Shown in pieces: positions 52,159 through 64,000 of a stretch of DNA of 64,000 nt (the first letter of the stretch is position 1; the number at the start of each line of letters is the position of its first letter). Source of the stretch: Lama glama (Eukaryota); NCBI GenBank assembly GCA_028534125.1, contig CM052818.1, positions 932,001 to 996,000 on the forward strand. The letters run 5' to 3'. The translations under genes were made by a program, and so were the position numbers. The notes beneath the pieces were generated by a model. The model saw only the letters and a list, made by a program, of their open reading frames with translations, was not told the DNA's origin and did no database searches.

Positions 52159-55100
52159 TCAGTGAGGGCGGCCACGACCTCGGCCCCGGCCAGCAGCTGG
52201 GGGTGCGTCCACTGTTGAGCGAGGGTTCTTGATCGTTTCATCTACAGACACGATAAGGCATGCGGCCTCCGAGGCTGCCGTCAGCGCATTGATCCGCACC
52301 ATGGCTGGCTCCCACACGAAGGCCTCAAAGTTGTCAGCAATGTCCTCGTTGTTGATGTCCACCCCGTACCACATGCCCCCCTGAGAGCAGAGAGGGAGAA
52401 GAAGATATGAAACGGCCCTCACGGTTCTTCCTGCACACCCTCCCAATGACCTGGATTGTTAGGAATCCCCAGACTCTGAACCTGCCGGCATCACAACAGG
52501 AGCCTGAAAGTGCACCTCCTCCCACCACTGCCCCTTCTAACCTGGGAAAGGCCGACCGCAGAAGCCCTCCAGGCCCGCTCCCGCTGCTGTGTTTTAGGGA
52601 GGCCCCATCCTCAAGTTACCTGAGGACTGTGTATGTCAAACCCTGCTTCTCAAAAAGAACACTTTCCAATCCCTTATCATCTCAATGCCTCCATCAGTTC
52701 CTATTTTACAGACAAGGAAACCGAGACACACAGCAGTAAAGTGACTTGCTTTAAGTTCTAACCCAAGTCAGAAGCAAGGTCACTCACTGAGTGCTGCTGT
52801 CACAGCACTGAGCATTTAACAAAGATTTGCTAAATAGCAGATGAACAAATTAAGTTCTCAGAGAGGTCACAACTTGGAGGTGGCAGAGCCATGGCTGGAC
52901 TACTGTCAGCAGGGCCTGGGAGTGCTTCACCACCACACTGAGAAACCCAGTACACGAGGTCAGCGTGTGCTTCCAGACAGAAGGCTATAGGGTTCCTCTG
53001 GTTCCTGTCAATGCACTGTGAGCACCGATTACACTCTTGGTAGAAGCACCGAAGAAACCCTGGAACCTCCAGCCCTGGCACCGTGGCTTTCCTTCTGACC
53101 TCAGAGGAGGCAGTCAGGTGGTACTGGGTTTGGTGCCAGCACCATCACCTGGGCTGACCACGCAGGGCTTGAGTAAGCACAGCACACACTCAGAATATAG
53201 CCCCATCCACCAAACCCCTGGCCCCTGAGGAGAGGAGTAACCCACCTGGGCATGCCGAGCCCGCAGCTTGTTGAGGATGTTTGTGGCATCAAAGCCAGCA
53301 TTATCGCACAGCTGGCGTGGGATAATTTCCAAGGCCTTGGCATAAGCCCCAATCAGTAGCTGCTGTTTTCCTGGAATGGTCCTTGAGTAATCTCGCAGGT
53401 ACTTGGAGAGCTCCATCTCAATGGCACCGCCACCTGCCACCACTGAATCATTCTGCAGAGACAAGACCCACCTCTAAATGCAAGGCGTCCCCTGGTCCAA
53501 GCTCCAGCCATGGCTAAATTGGGCCACTCAGTCAATAGGCCCCCTGACCCAGAGAGAGGTTTCTTATTCCTTCCCCCAGCCCAAGCCCCAGGAGGTCCAG
53601 ACATGGACCGTGTCTAGCACATCCCAACTTTAATCTGGTGAACATTACGGTTTCTGACCAACTTCAAGGTCACTTGCAGCTTGAGGGCATTGGCACAATC
53701 TCTGGGACGGCTGACTACATCAGCTCCACAGTTGCTCACAAGTCTTAGCCTTTAAGGGAGCATGACCTATTTTGAGACTGAAGCTGTTTCTTTACAATCT
53801 GTGAGACAATCAGGGCCTACATGCCCTGCGTGGAAAGCAGGTTGTATAGGGAAGGAATCACCACACAAATCCAGGTTCTTGTCAGCTCAGGAGGTAGAAT
53901 GAGCTGTGCAGGCTGGGAGCCCCCAGCCTAGTACCTTGATGGCCCTCCTGACGATCATGATGGCATCGTGCAGGGACCGCTCTGTCTCCTCCATAAACTG
54001 CTCAGCGCCACCACGGAGGATGATAGTGCAAGTCTTGGCCTTGGGGCAGCCAGTGAAGAAATTGTACCTATATGCGGGGTCAAATCATGTATGTGAACTG
54101 CTTTCTGCTGCCAACTACCATATTCTGACCTCAGCAAGTCCTCCAGACACTCAGCAGCTGCTCTTCTGTTCCTCACGAAGGCTCTCTAATCCCACCCTTA
54201 AAGACACGTTTTTGGGAAGGTCTAGGGCTGTACCACTGGGACATAAAGATTTTGGAGTCAGCCTTCAGACCCAACTGGATCCTCACCCCTCCTGAAACAC
54301 TCAATTTACCTGAGTTCTTTATGCCTCAAAAGATGAGCTCTCAGATGAGAGTAGCACATGCCATACACACGACATCCCAAAGGCGGCAGAAGGCCGCAGC
54401 CAGGCAGGTCTCGTGAGCCAAGCAAATAGGGGGCCCGGGCCTACGGCTCACCTCTCGCCTCCAATCTGCGTCTCTTCAAAGACCTGGCAGCAGCCCAGCA
54501 CATCTGCTGACAGAGCGTTCACACTGGTCTGGATGGAGCCCCCGCAAGCCTGAGGAACACAAGCAGCAAGATCACCTAGCGGCGAAGGCTCACATGAGGT
54601 CAGAAGTGAGCTTCCTGCCACCTACTTATTTTTTTAATTTTTATTAATTTGGGGGGGGGGATTAGTTTACTAATTTATTTATTTTTAGAGGAGGTACTAG
54701 AGAATGAATCCAGGACCTTGTGTATGCTAAGCATGCGCTCTACCACTTGAGCTACATACCCTTCTCCCCCTGCCTGCCACCTAGTCTTAAAGCCAATTCC
54801 CAGGTTACATGGCCACGGTACCCCAGAGACTTCTGCACTGGGTGACCCACTCTCACCCTTGACCTCCAGGCTCCCTCTAGAAGAGGAGAAAACAAAACAG
54901 AACTAAGACATATGACGGGTAAATAAACCTGCTTAAAAGGAAATGTCAGTGACCCTTCGCTTCACCCAACACCCTCTCCCCCAAACTAGAGTGCCTTGGG
55001 CCCAGCAACTGAAGTCAGGATCGGTGCTTTAGCCCTAAAGCATCTTTGGTAAGATGCTCAAGAAGAAAGGGAAGAAACCTGTCTGGAAGCATAAATACTT

Positions 55101-58100
55101 GAGCTTATCCAGTGATCATAGTACTACTGCTAGGTTCCCTCACAAATTAGATTTCCTGACTTGTTTTGGTTAGACTACTTTTGTATACTGAGCATACACA
55201 CACTGGGACTGTAGTGTTTCATGGGAAAAGGAGTTAAGAAGACAGGCCTAGACTGACATGCCAACCCAACAGCGTACTCCAGTGCACCTTTGGGGGCACA
55301 ACAACCAGGAAGCAGCCTATGAAAACTTGGTTACCATCATTGTCCTCTTCAGATCCTCCTCCGGCACTCGGCCAGCACAGAACATGTCCCTGTCAGCGAA
55401 GTACTGGGTGGCCACATCCCCAATGGGGAGCTTTGACAAGACGACTTTGGCTCCAGACTGATGGATCCTCTCTAACTTGTCGTAGAGAATGTTCCACTCA
55501 GCATCAACAATTGCCTGATAATCCTGAAGAAACCCAGAAAAGGATGAGGATGCTTTGAGGTGGATGTTAGCATATATGGCATATTAAAATATATTCCTCA
55601 AAAAAAAAATCCCTCCAAAATAAAATACATTGATTTACTTATGAGGCTAAACTGAATAGCCAGCCTCTCTTCAGTCAACTTAGGAACCACCTAAAACTTT
55701 CAACCACAAAGCAGGAAATGACCTGAGGACTGGGAGCAACTCCAGAGCTGGCATTTGCCAAGGTGTGAGACACAGTGTAGCCTGGCTAAGTTCTAGCCTC
55801 CTCTGAGGTGTTGCACCCGTGGAGTTCCCAAGGACAAGACCCTTTCCCACAAAGGCTACTTTGCATTGAAGACACATTTCCCAAAGATACCTGCTTATGG
55901 CTGAGTGACACTGCTACCTGCAGACAGCCTTGGTAATATCAATGTTGGGAGCATACCTTTTCCTGCAGTGTGGGACTCGGTCTAGAAGGCTCACATCTTC
56001 CCAAGTAAGAGGAATCAAAATACCAGGCTCACTGTATAGCCAGAGAGCCCCGGCCACCCCTCCGGTGGGGCCAGAGGCTAATTTTTCAACAGATTTGCCC
56101 TATCCAAACCTCCTCATGTCGAGGTCACTCAGAGAGAGCATAAAGTGAGTAAAGAAGTGGGCCCAATATTTAGACATCAATATTTAGGGAAACAGGAGGA
56201 GAAAGGAGCCCATTATGTACCTGAGAAACAGAGCTGGGCCCAAGATGGCCACAAAGGCCCAAGACTTTGGCCCAGAATGCTGCCCATTTCCATGCCACTG
56301 CCAGCTGGTAGGGCCTACCTCAACTGTGTGGACTCTGATTTCAGCATTATCTTTCTCAGCTTTCAGCTCCAGCTCAACATTTAAAAGGGCAATCGTTGGA
56401 TTATAGTACTTTTTGGGTTGCATTTCAAACCCAGCATAAGAGAAAGTCTTCTTGAATGCGACACCAGCTACGAGCTGGGACTCCTGTTAAAAAAAACATA
56501 AAACAATTCAACAATTCAGTACTAGCATGAAATGAAATCAAGTTAGTGGTGCGCTGGGCCAATGCATGTCCATTTTTGTGAACCTGGAAGAGTTAACCAT
56601 GTTTTTATTTACTTCACCGTTCTAACAAAGCCTTTCTATCACCATAAAAGCTGGAAAAAATACAGATCATATTCTGGTTGCCCCGTCAATATAAAGAAAA
56701 TCATTTAGCTTGCAGAGGCCAAGCATGGTAAAGGGCTGTCCTCTAAGACTTACCTCCAGAGCAGGTGTCAAGGGACACACTTTGATCCCAACTCCCCACC
56801 TCCCAGTCTCCTACTGCTCACACAATATTCCTCCCTACCTCTACTGCACGTGAGCACACACACCTGTGTGCTATGGCCTAGAAGCTTCCTCCTTCCAGGA
56901 GATGAAAACAAAAAGTCCTAAGGGTCAGGAATTTCCTGCACAGCTCCCGTGCTATCACTGTGGCTCCCCCCATCTTGATCCCTCAAAACATGAACTACCA
57001 CCACTCGCTGCATAACCGAGCTTGCTGTGGAGTGGACTTAAGAGCAGGGCAGAATAGAAAGCATGTTGTGCCTGGAAGTGACTTCAGCCTTATCAAAGAC
57101 TTACGTTCAGACCTCAGATCTCTTTCTTACTAAATGACCTAGTCATTTCGCACTCCATAAAGAAGGGGATATTCAGTTCAATGACCCGTATGTTCTCTGC
57201 CAGTGCGAATTTACAATCCCAGTCCATTTACTGTAGCCTATCAGTGAACAGATTCATGCATCATTCAAATCTACAGTCTCCTAGAGGGGATGATGTGTGA
57301 ACTGAATCAAGATGGATAAATAGAAATTAGTCACATAGGAAAGAGAAAGAAGAAGATGTTCCTAGGAAGCAGAAGCAGTGCGGTGGAATCAGAGGATGAA
57401 AAGCCATTTGCAGTTGCTGGAATACAAAGTAAGAGAGAAGAAACCAGTTTAGGAGAACCTTAAAGGCTCTGCTAAGGCCTGGCTCTTATTCCATAGGCAA
57501 CGTAGAACCCCAACAGGTTTTACACACAGTGTAAACTGGGGAGCTTCACCCTGCCACAGAAAATAGGGTGGATTTAGGGGATGCGAGAGTAGAGGAAGGG
57601 TGACCACTACTAGGACAATGGTCTAGTAAAAGAGACAGACTGAAGAAATAAATGATAAATTGGTAGATAAAATCAGACAATGGTCATCAATCAGATGACC
57701 CTAGATTTCTGGGTTGAGCGACTGAATAATGGTGATGATACCAACTATGTCAAGGAATACAGAAAAGATTACAGGTTTGGAGGACAAGACAGTGAGTTCG
57801 GCAACAGTCAGACACAGGAGTGGAAAGCTCAAGGGAGAGGTAAAGGTTGAAGATATAGATCAGGAAGTTCTCAGTTAATCCTGAGAATAACTAAATAATA
57901 ACCACCACCATTTACTGAATTCTATGTGTCAGGTTCTGTGTTAAGGGTTTTACATAGAGTTAAGGGATGTGGGGCAGTCTGAAAGAAAGTATGTGTGGCC
58001 TGGAGCCCCTGGCTTTCTCAGCAGTGAGATTATTAGTTCTGATCCCTAGTTTAGTGAATGCTAATCTAATCTCAAGGGTCTATGGAAGTAGGAAGGCACA

Positions 58101-61100
58101 GGAGAAGATGGAACATTACTACAAAAGCATTGCATAAAGACGATGTTGGCAAGCCATGATGGAGAGAATGGGCTGAAACATGAGTGAAACTGGGGCCTGA
58201 AGACAGGGGAATGACTCAGATGACCTCCAGATTCCTCACAGCTTTATTACGGAAAGAAGACCTTAGCCCATGGACATGTACCATGACAGGAGGAAGAGGA
58301 GGGAGATGGACAGAATGGAAATGCAATTTGGAGAAGTAAAAGTCAAAGAACAAAAAGCAAAGTGCCAGCATATAATACTCCAATTCAAGCAGGTCTTGCC
58401 CTTTCCAAATCACTTCAGGCTGAGGTCACCAAGGAAGAGTAAAGGAAAAAGTAGGGCAGGCCAAGGATTGGAAAAAGTCCGAAGTAGCACAGAGACACCA
58501 ACATCAAAGACTGTTTCCAGACAGATACTTCTGTGTTAGAAAATATGCTGTGCAATACACTAGCCACATGTTGCTTTTTAAATTTAAATAAGCGAAAATT
58601 AAACTTAAAATTCAGTTCCTCCGTTCCACTAAAAGCATTTCAAGTACTCAGTAGCCACACCTGGCTACTGGCTATCGTACTGGGCAGCACAGATATGTAA
58701 CAGTCCCATTCCAACAGAAAGTTCTATTGGGCAGCACTGAGTTTAGAGCTACACATGCTGATGTGGATCAAATTATAAAATAGGTTGTTAAATAGACAAA
58801 AGCAAGTTGCAGAACACTATGTATTATAAGTGAGCATTTGTGTTTAAGAAAAAAGTATTTATATTTGTACTTATAGACGCACAGAGTACTTCTGGAAGGA
58901 CACACACACAGAGAGTTAACAGTGGTTGTATCTGGTGCAGGAGTGGTGTAGGGGACATTTATTTTTTCCTTTAGGACCTTCTATACCCTTTGAATTATGT
59001 ATCATCTATTCAAAATAAATGGCCAAAAGAAAGAAGTTTGGCCATATCACTTGGAGAAGAATGGACTGGAAAATACTTCTCATATTTATTCATTGAGAGA
59101 GTTTTAGATTATTTATCAGAGCTAGCTCTATACCCTCCCACATTAACACCAAGATTCTGAAAATCAGCCGGTTCAATCTTCCATTTTGCTGACAAGTAAA
59201 TATAGGTCCACAGAGGTGACAAATGCACCCACAGTAGGCAGCAGTATGGGGAACAGCTCCAGCCTGCCTCCCAGTCCAAAGTGCATTCTCTCTACACCTA
59301 TAATGTGTGCTCTCCTGTGATGCCAAGCTGTCTGAAGGGGCAGTGTGAAAGCAAGAACCTCCTAGAGAGGCCATAGCAGGCTTACCTCTAGGGCGCCACC
59401 TTGCACCTTCTTGATTCCAATCATTTTAAGCTGCAGCAAATCATCAAGCATTATTACTGCGTCCACCACCATCTTAGCGAAGAAGGCTTTCTGCTGGGAG
59501 ATCAGCTTGGAGCTCAGAGCAGTCATGGCACATTTCTCTAGCAGCTTCCTCTGCTCCCTAGGACACAAGGGTGGGACTGCATCAGGTCCTGAAAGCCCCT
59601 CTTATCTGATTCTATTGCAACGTGAAGACGGCTTCTGTTCTATACTCTAAACTCAGCCCTCAACAACTTCAACGTCTGTATCAGTGACAGATGGTGACTA
59701 CAGTCAAAGACTTCACAAGTGACAGCTTTTAAACTACAGTCTACAGCCTCTCTTGTACTGCACGGGCTGGGGGACAAAGGGTTTAGCAAAAACCAAACAG
59801 CCCCAGGCCCATATAGGGATCCCAGCATAATGATGCATCCAATCTGGCCACAGGAAGTCAAGGTTCTGACAAAGCCAACCACAAACTTACACTTTATCGT
59901 CCCTCTTCACAGTCACGGCGATCTCTTTTATCTTGTTAACTGCCTGCAAGAAAATAAAGAACTGAAGAAGTGGATCCCAAATTCTCTTCCTAGTCCCCAA
60001 TCTGTTTATTCCCAAATCTTAAGCATTTCTACTCTATAACCAAAAAACCATTTCCAAATCTTGTAGCTGCCTAGAAAAATACAGATTTCTATAGTTCAGA
60101 GAACACTCAAAGTTAGAAATGTAGAGTAAGTATAGTTCTGAAGAATCATCAGGGAACCTCCAACATTCAGCTCTGGATCTGCAGGTAACGCATTGAAACA
60201 AATGAGTAGAAACACTATGACACTAGATTAGCCTAAGCCTTCTGGCTTATGGAAAGCAACTATGACAACTTTTAGTACTTTATATATTTGCTATGTTGTA
60301 TAATATATGATATATATATTTATACGTTAAATATATCTTTTCAAAAGATATCCTTTCCTACATACTTCTCATATATGATTTCATTTAATGTCACCACTCC
60401 AAAACTGGACAGTAAAAAGAAAAAGTAAGGTCTAGAGGAACTGACTTGCCCCAGGCCACAGAATGAAGGTCAAGGTCAATAAAAGCAAGGTCTCAAGATG
60501 AGCCAAGAGGTACTGGATTAAAAACAAAAGTAGCTTTCATTTACCAAGAGCCTATGGTATATCTACATGTCTGTCAGGAAACCTGAGGCTTGAAGAGATT
60601 AAGTAACGTATCTAGTCAACCAGCTACTGAACGGCTATCACAGAGCTATTAATAAGACAGCGATTCCTAGGGAGAACTCAGAAAATGCTCAAGGAACCCT
60701 GTTCCCAGTCCCTCCACACCCCAGTAAATCCTAGGAGAAACATGAAGGTGTCCAGGCACAAGGTGCTCAAGTTCACCAGGGCTCCCATACCAACTGAGTG
60801 GCAGTGCGGAAAGCTCGGATGATGATCTGTGGGTGCAAACCTTCCTCCACGTAGGATTTCACCTGCTTCAGAAACTCTGCAGCCAGCAGGGTCACTGAGG
60901 TGGTGCCATCACCGACCTGGAAGAAGACGAAAGGAAATTCACGTATTCTCATGTTCAGGAATAAAGCCCTGAAACTCCATTTTCAGGCATTCTACCCATT
61001 CCAACTGGGAGCCGTTTAAATGAATGTCAAGCCTTTTCCAGGAAGCACTGCTTTTTACAACAAGTAGAAGTGTTGGTAGTTAGGTATCCATCTCATTACC

Positions 61101-63297
61101 TGGGCCACAAAATTAACTCCCCAGCCAGGCCCATCCTCCAAAAAGGGCTGACTTGGGCAAACTTCCCCAGAATACGAAATCATGTATGCAAATGAGAACT
61201 TACTATGTTCAAGGTACTATGATCAATAAGACAGTTTCCGTCATGCTTCTAATACGATGCTTACCCATCACAAATAACCATGGTAGCAAGAGGTATGAGA
61301 CGAACATTCTCTAAGGAGAACAAACTACTACAGAAGTTTACAAAACAGACCTCTAAGTGCTTCGTATTTTAAACACTATTTGGAATAAGCAGATTACTAG
61401 TCTGCTAATCTTTCTCACACAGCAATTTTCTATGATGGGATCTAAATCCTATTTTTAATGAGGGAGAAGAAGAATGAAGGCTTTTAAGAAAACTGGCTAA
61501 CCTCTGATTTGGAAGAATTTATTTTGGTTTCTTTTTTGTTTTAGTTTCTCTCTTTTTTTTTTTTTTTGGAAGAAATTTTTTTTACCTCCCTTATGTCCAC
61601 TGTGTAATGTAAGGGATTTTAGGGAGAAAAAAAAGGTACTGTGGTGAAGAGTTTAAGCTGTCAATTTCCTGGACAGAAAGGTATTCCCTTGTTGAAAACA
61701 TTAACAGATCAAATCTAGACTCTTGTCACTTTAATTTTATATAAGCCGTACTGCTTTATATATAGGACAAACTGCGTCTTAACAGACCTTTTAATATAAC
61801 TATAGGACATATCTGTAATACTCTGAAACGCAAACCTATCTCTCTCAACATTATTATCAAGACTCCAGTGTTAGAAATGGTTTTTAAAAATGCAGACAGG
61901 TTAATGTCACTGACTTGCACATGTTAAAATGCTAAGTCTTATGCTATGTATATTTTACCACCATATATATTTTTTTTAAAAGAAAAAGGTAAACTGGAAG
62001 CAGTCTCCAGCCTCATATTATAAGGCGAACAACAGATGAGAGGTTAAATTGTTTACCTAGCAACTCATATGAATGACAGCACACAGGCCTGGTCCTAAGA
62101 ACTCAGCTACATACAGTGGAACAGTGAGAATTTTAAAGGACTATTAATTCCATCTAAATATTTTTTACAAACATGTATTACTTGTGAAATAATTTTGGAT
62201 ATACAATCAAAATGTTTTAAAGAGAGGAGAGCCAAGGAGCAAGCACGCATGTGTTTCAATCTCCACTGAAACACGGAGGCTTGATTTTCCTACCTCAGCA
62301 TCTTGGGATTTGGCAATGTCCACTAAAGTCTTTGCTGCAGGATGGACAACATCAAGGAGTTTCAAAATTGTGGCTCCATCATTAGAAATTGTTGCTTTGC
62401 CTTAAAAGGTACAAACACAAAGTAAAAATGTAAAGACCTTTTCTTAAGTTCTGTCTTCTGGCTGGACCTGGATCCCACACACATTTTGTGGGGATAGGGC
62501 CGAGGGGCTCGTGGTGGGGATGAACTGATCTTTTTACAGTTAGCTCTGTGCACAAAGGGTCACCTAAAATCACACATTTCTAAAGACCATGAACTCCTGA
62601 TTTTCTCTGAACAGTAAACAGCACACGTCTATTGGATGTACAAAACATTTTAAAAAATAAGAATGAGGGGGTGGATACAGCTCAGTGGTAGAGCACATGC
62701 TTAGCATACACAAGGTCCTGGGTTCAATACCCAGTACTCCGTGGAAAAAAAAAAAAGAAAAAGAAAAGAAAAAAGAATGAATAACCATTTAGATATTTTT
62801 AACAGTTGATACCCTAGTATCTCATTTCTAAGTTAACACACTAAAACATAAGGGGGAATTTTTTTCTTTGTCTCCACAACATGATACAATGGGAGTGACC
62901 ACAGGCAATTCCAGAAGATTCTACTTTGTGTTTCTAGGCCAAATCTCTTTACAAGGCAACAGATTTGTAAGCCCAGCTCTTCCCATACATTCCCAGGGCT
63001 CAACATTCAGGACAATGATGAAATGGAACCACTTCATGGTGAGAAATCCTTCAGAGATCTTCAAAGCAGTGGGATTTCTGATGCCAATCTCTGCTAGCCC
63101 CAATACTCAGAGGAGTCTCCTCTTCTGCACTCTGCAGACTTACCTCGGCCATCCACAATGAGCTTGTCCATGCCACGGGGACCCAGAGTGGTTCTTACAG
63201 CCTCGGCAATCACCTGGCAGGCACTGATGTTACTTACAAGCTGGGGGATGCCTTGGGAGCTATCAGTCCCCTCTTTCAACAGGATAACCGGTGTGGG
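52159..63297 (-). CDS. CCT7: T-complex protein 1 subunit eta (chaperonin CCT7), exons 2-12: 63144-63297, 62294-62400, 60791-60916, 59891-59943, 59386-59557, 56319-56483, 55335-55523, 54452-54549, 53935-54067, 53246-53452, 52159-52380; exon 1 outside the window
   Basis: [19 protein letters not shown]...[24 protein letters not shown] (ATP-binding motif), [10 protein letters not shown]-terminal [10 protein letters not shown]. All junctions are GT-AG and in phase. 1626 nt in the window, consistent with 543 aa if exon 1 supplies Met-Met. Confidence 0.96.
54625..54772 (-). mobile_element. tRNA-derived SINE (Vic-1-like) in a CCT7 intron
   Basis: Reverse strand GTAGCTCAAGTGGTAGAGCGCATGCTTAGCATACACAAGGTCCTGGATTCATTC. 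TSD cctgccaccta at 54614-54624 and 54773-54783. Confidence 0.88.
58545..58739. mobile_element. hAT-Charlie MITE (MER3/MER33-like)
   Basis: Terminal inverted-repeat-like ends tgctgtgcaata ... tattgggcagcactg, and internal 'tagccacatg...tttcaagtactcagtagccacacctggctactggcta'. Confidence 0.7.
62667..62772 (+). mobile_element. tRNA-derived SINE (Vic-1-like) in CCT7 intron 2
   Basis: GGGGGTGGATACAGCTCAGTGGTAGAGCACATGCTTAGCATACACAAGGTCCTGGGTTCAATACCCAG plus a long A tail. TSD aagaatga at 62659-62666 and 62773-62780. Confidence 0.9.
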
Positions 63298-64000
63298 CTA
63301 GACGAAAGAACAATTTACTACTTTTAATAATCATTCATTACATAAGATTCAAGGAGGGAGAGGGAACATGTTCCTGCCTCTCCAGTAACAGAAATATCTG
63401 GAGACCTTTTTAAACCACGTTACCCTGCTGTCCAACCACCACATCCATTCCTTAAACAGCCTCTACCTCCAGAGACACTGCCAAGACCACAACATATCTT
63501 GCAGGTGTGCTAGAAAATGGTTTGAGAAGCACCAATTTGGTCAAAAAGAACAAATCAAATAAATGCATTCTTCCGCGCCCAGCTGAAAAAGCGTAGCCCT
63601 TTCAACTTCTGACCCTAATCCCACGTGTTGAGGAATTAGATCACGGCACAGGAAGAAGCAGGCCATGCTCAGTGTTCACCCTCCAGCAAACATCCATGTA
63701 TCTGCATTAGAGCTTAATCCTAGGGCAATGATGCGAAACATGAGGTGCCAGCAGCTTCAGATGTTGTCCTGGAGATGCCCAGGCAGACAGCTTTACCAGT
63801 GATGTTTAGCCGGAGTGCAGGGAAGTGGCTAGGCAGAGAAACAAAGAGCACCTTTGTCCTGCCTCACAAAATGACAACAAATCTAATTCGTATAGCAATG
63901 TTACCATCTCTCATGCTGGTTCCATAAAGCCTCCCTGTGACTAATCTCCAATCAGATACCCAGAACAAATTTTCCCGTTTTGCACTGGCCTCCAGAACAG

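Noticed and set aside
62251..62274. 8-bp hairpin gtgtttca/tgaaacac near the CCT7 exon 3 donor
   Set aside because: Stems this short are expected by chance in 64 kb; no snoRNA or miRNA boxes seen.
62667..62745. tRNA-Ala-like sequence
   Set aside because: Poly-A tail, TSD and multiple diverged copies show it is a SINE, not a tRNA gene.

Overview
Mammalian genomic DNA, most likely camelid: inferred from five tRNA-derived SINEs resembling the camelid Vic-1 type. It holds the EGR4-FBXO41-CCT7 gene block. I reconstructed EGR4 (+, 2 exons, ~484 aa), FBXO41 (+, a putative non-coding first exon in a CpG island plus 12 coding exons, 877 aa) and CCT7 (-, exons 2-12; exon 1 lies beyond the window) with frame-consistent GT-AG junctions. 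The first ~11 kb is repeat-rich intergenic DNA. It contains a chimeric retrocopy (-, ~3735-4274) made of a full-length H/ACA snoRNA SNORA70, the downstream unspliced RPL10 intron remnant, spliced RPL10 terminal exons and a polyA signal, i.e. a fossil of a 5'-snoRNA-ended polyadenylated RNA. Other notable signals are a non-canonical (8-nt spacer) REST/RE1 site in the EGR4 3'UTR, three consensus EGR sites in the FBXO41 CpG island, an in-frame 103-codon EGR4 N-terminal extension running through the TATA box, a NAGNAG acceptor, a FBXO41 uORF, and an inverted, possibly transduced L1 insertion inside a MaLR LTR. Repeat family names and comparisons with human sequences are from recall, not from a search.
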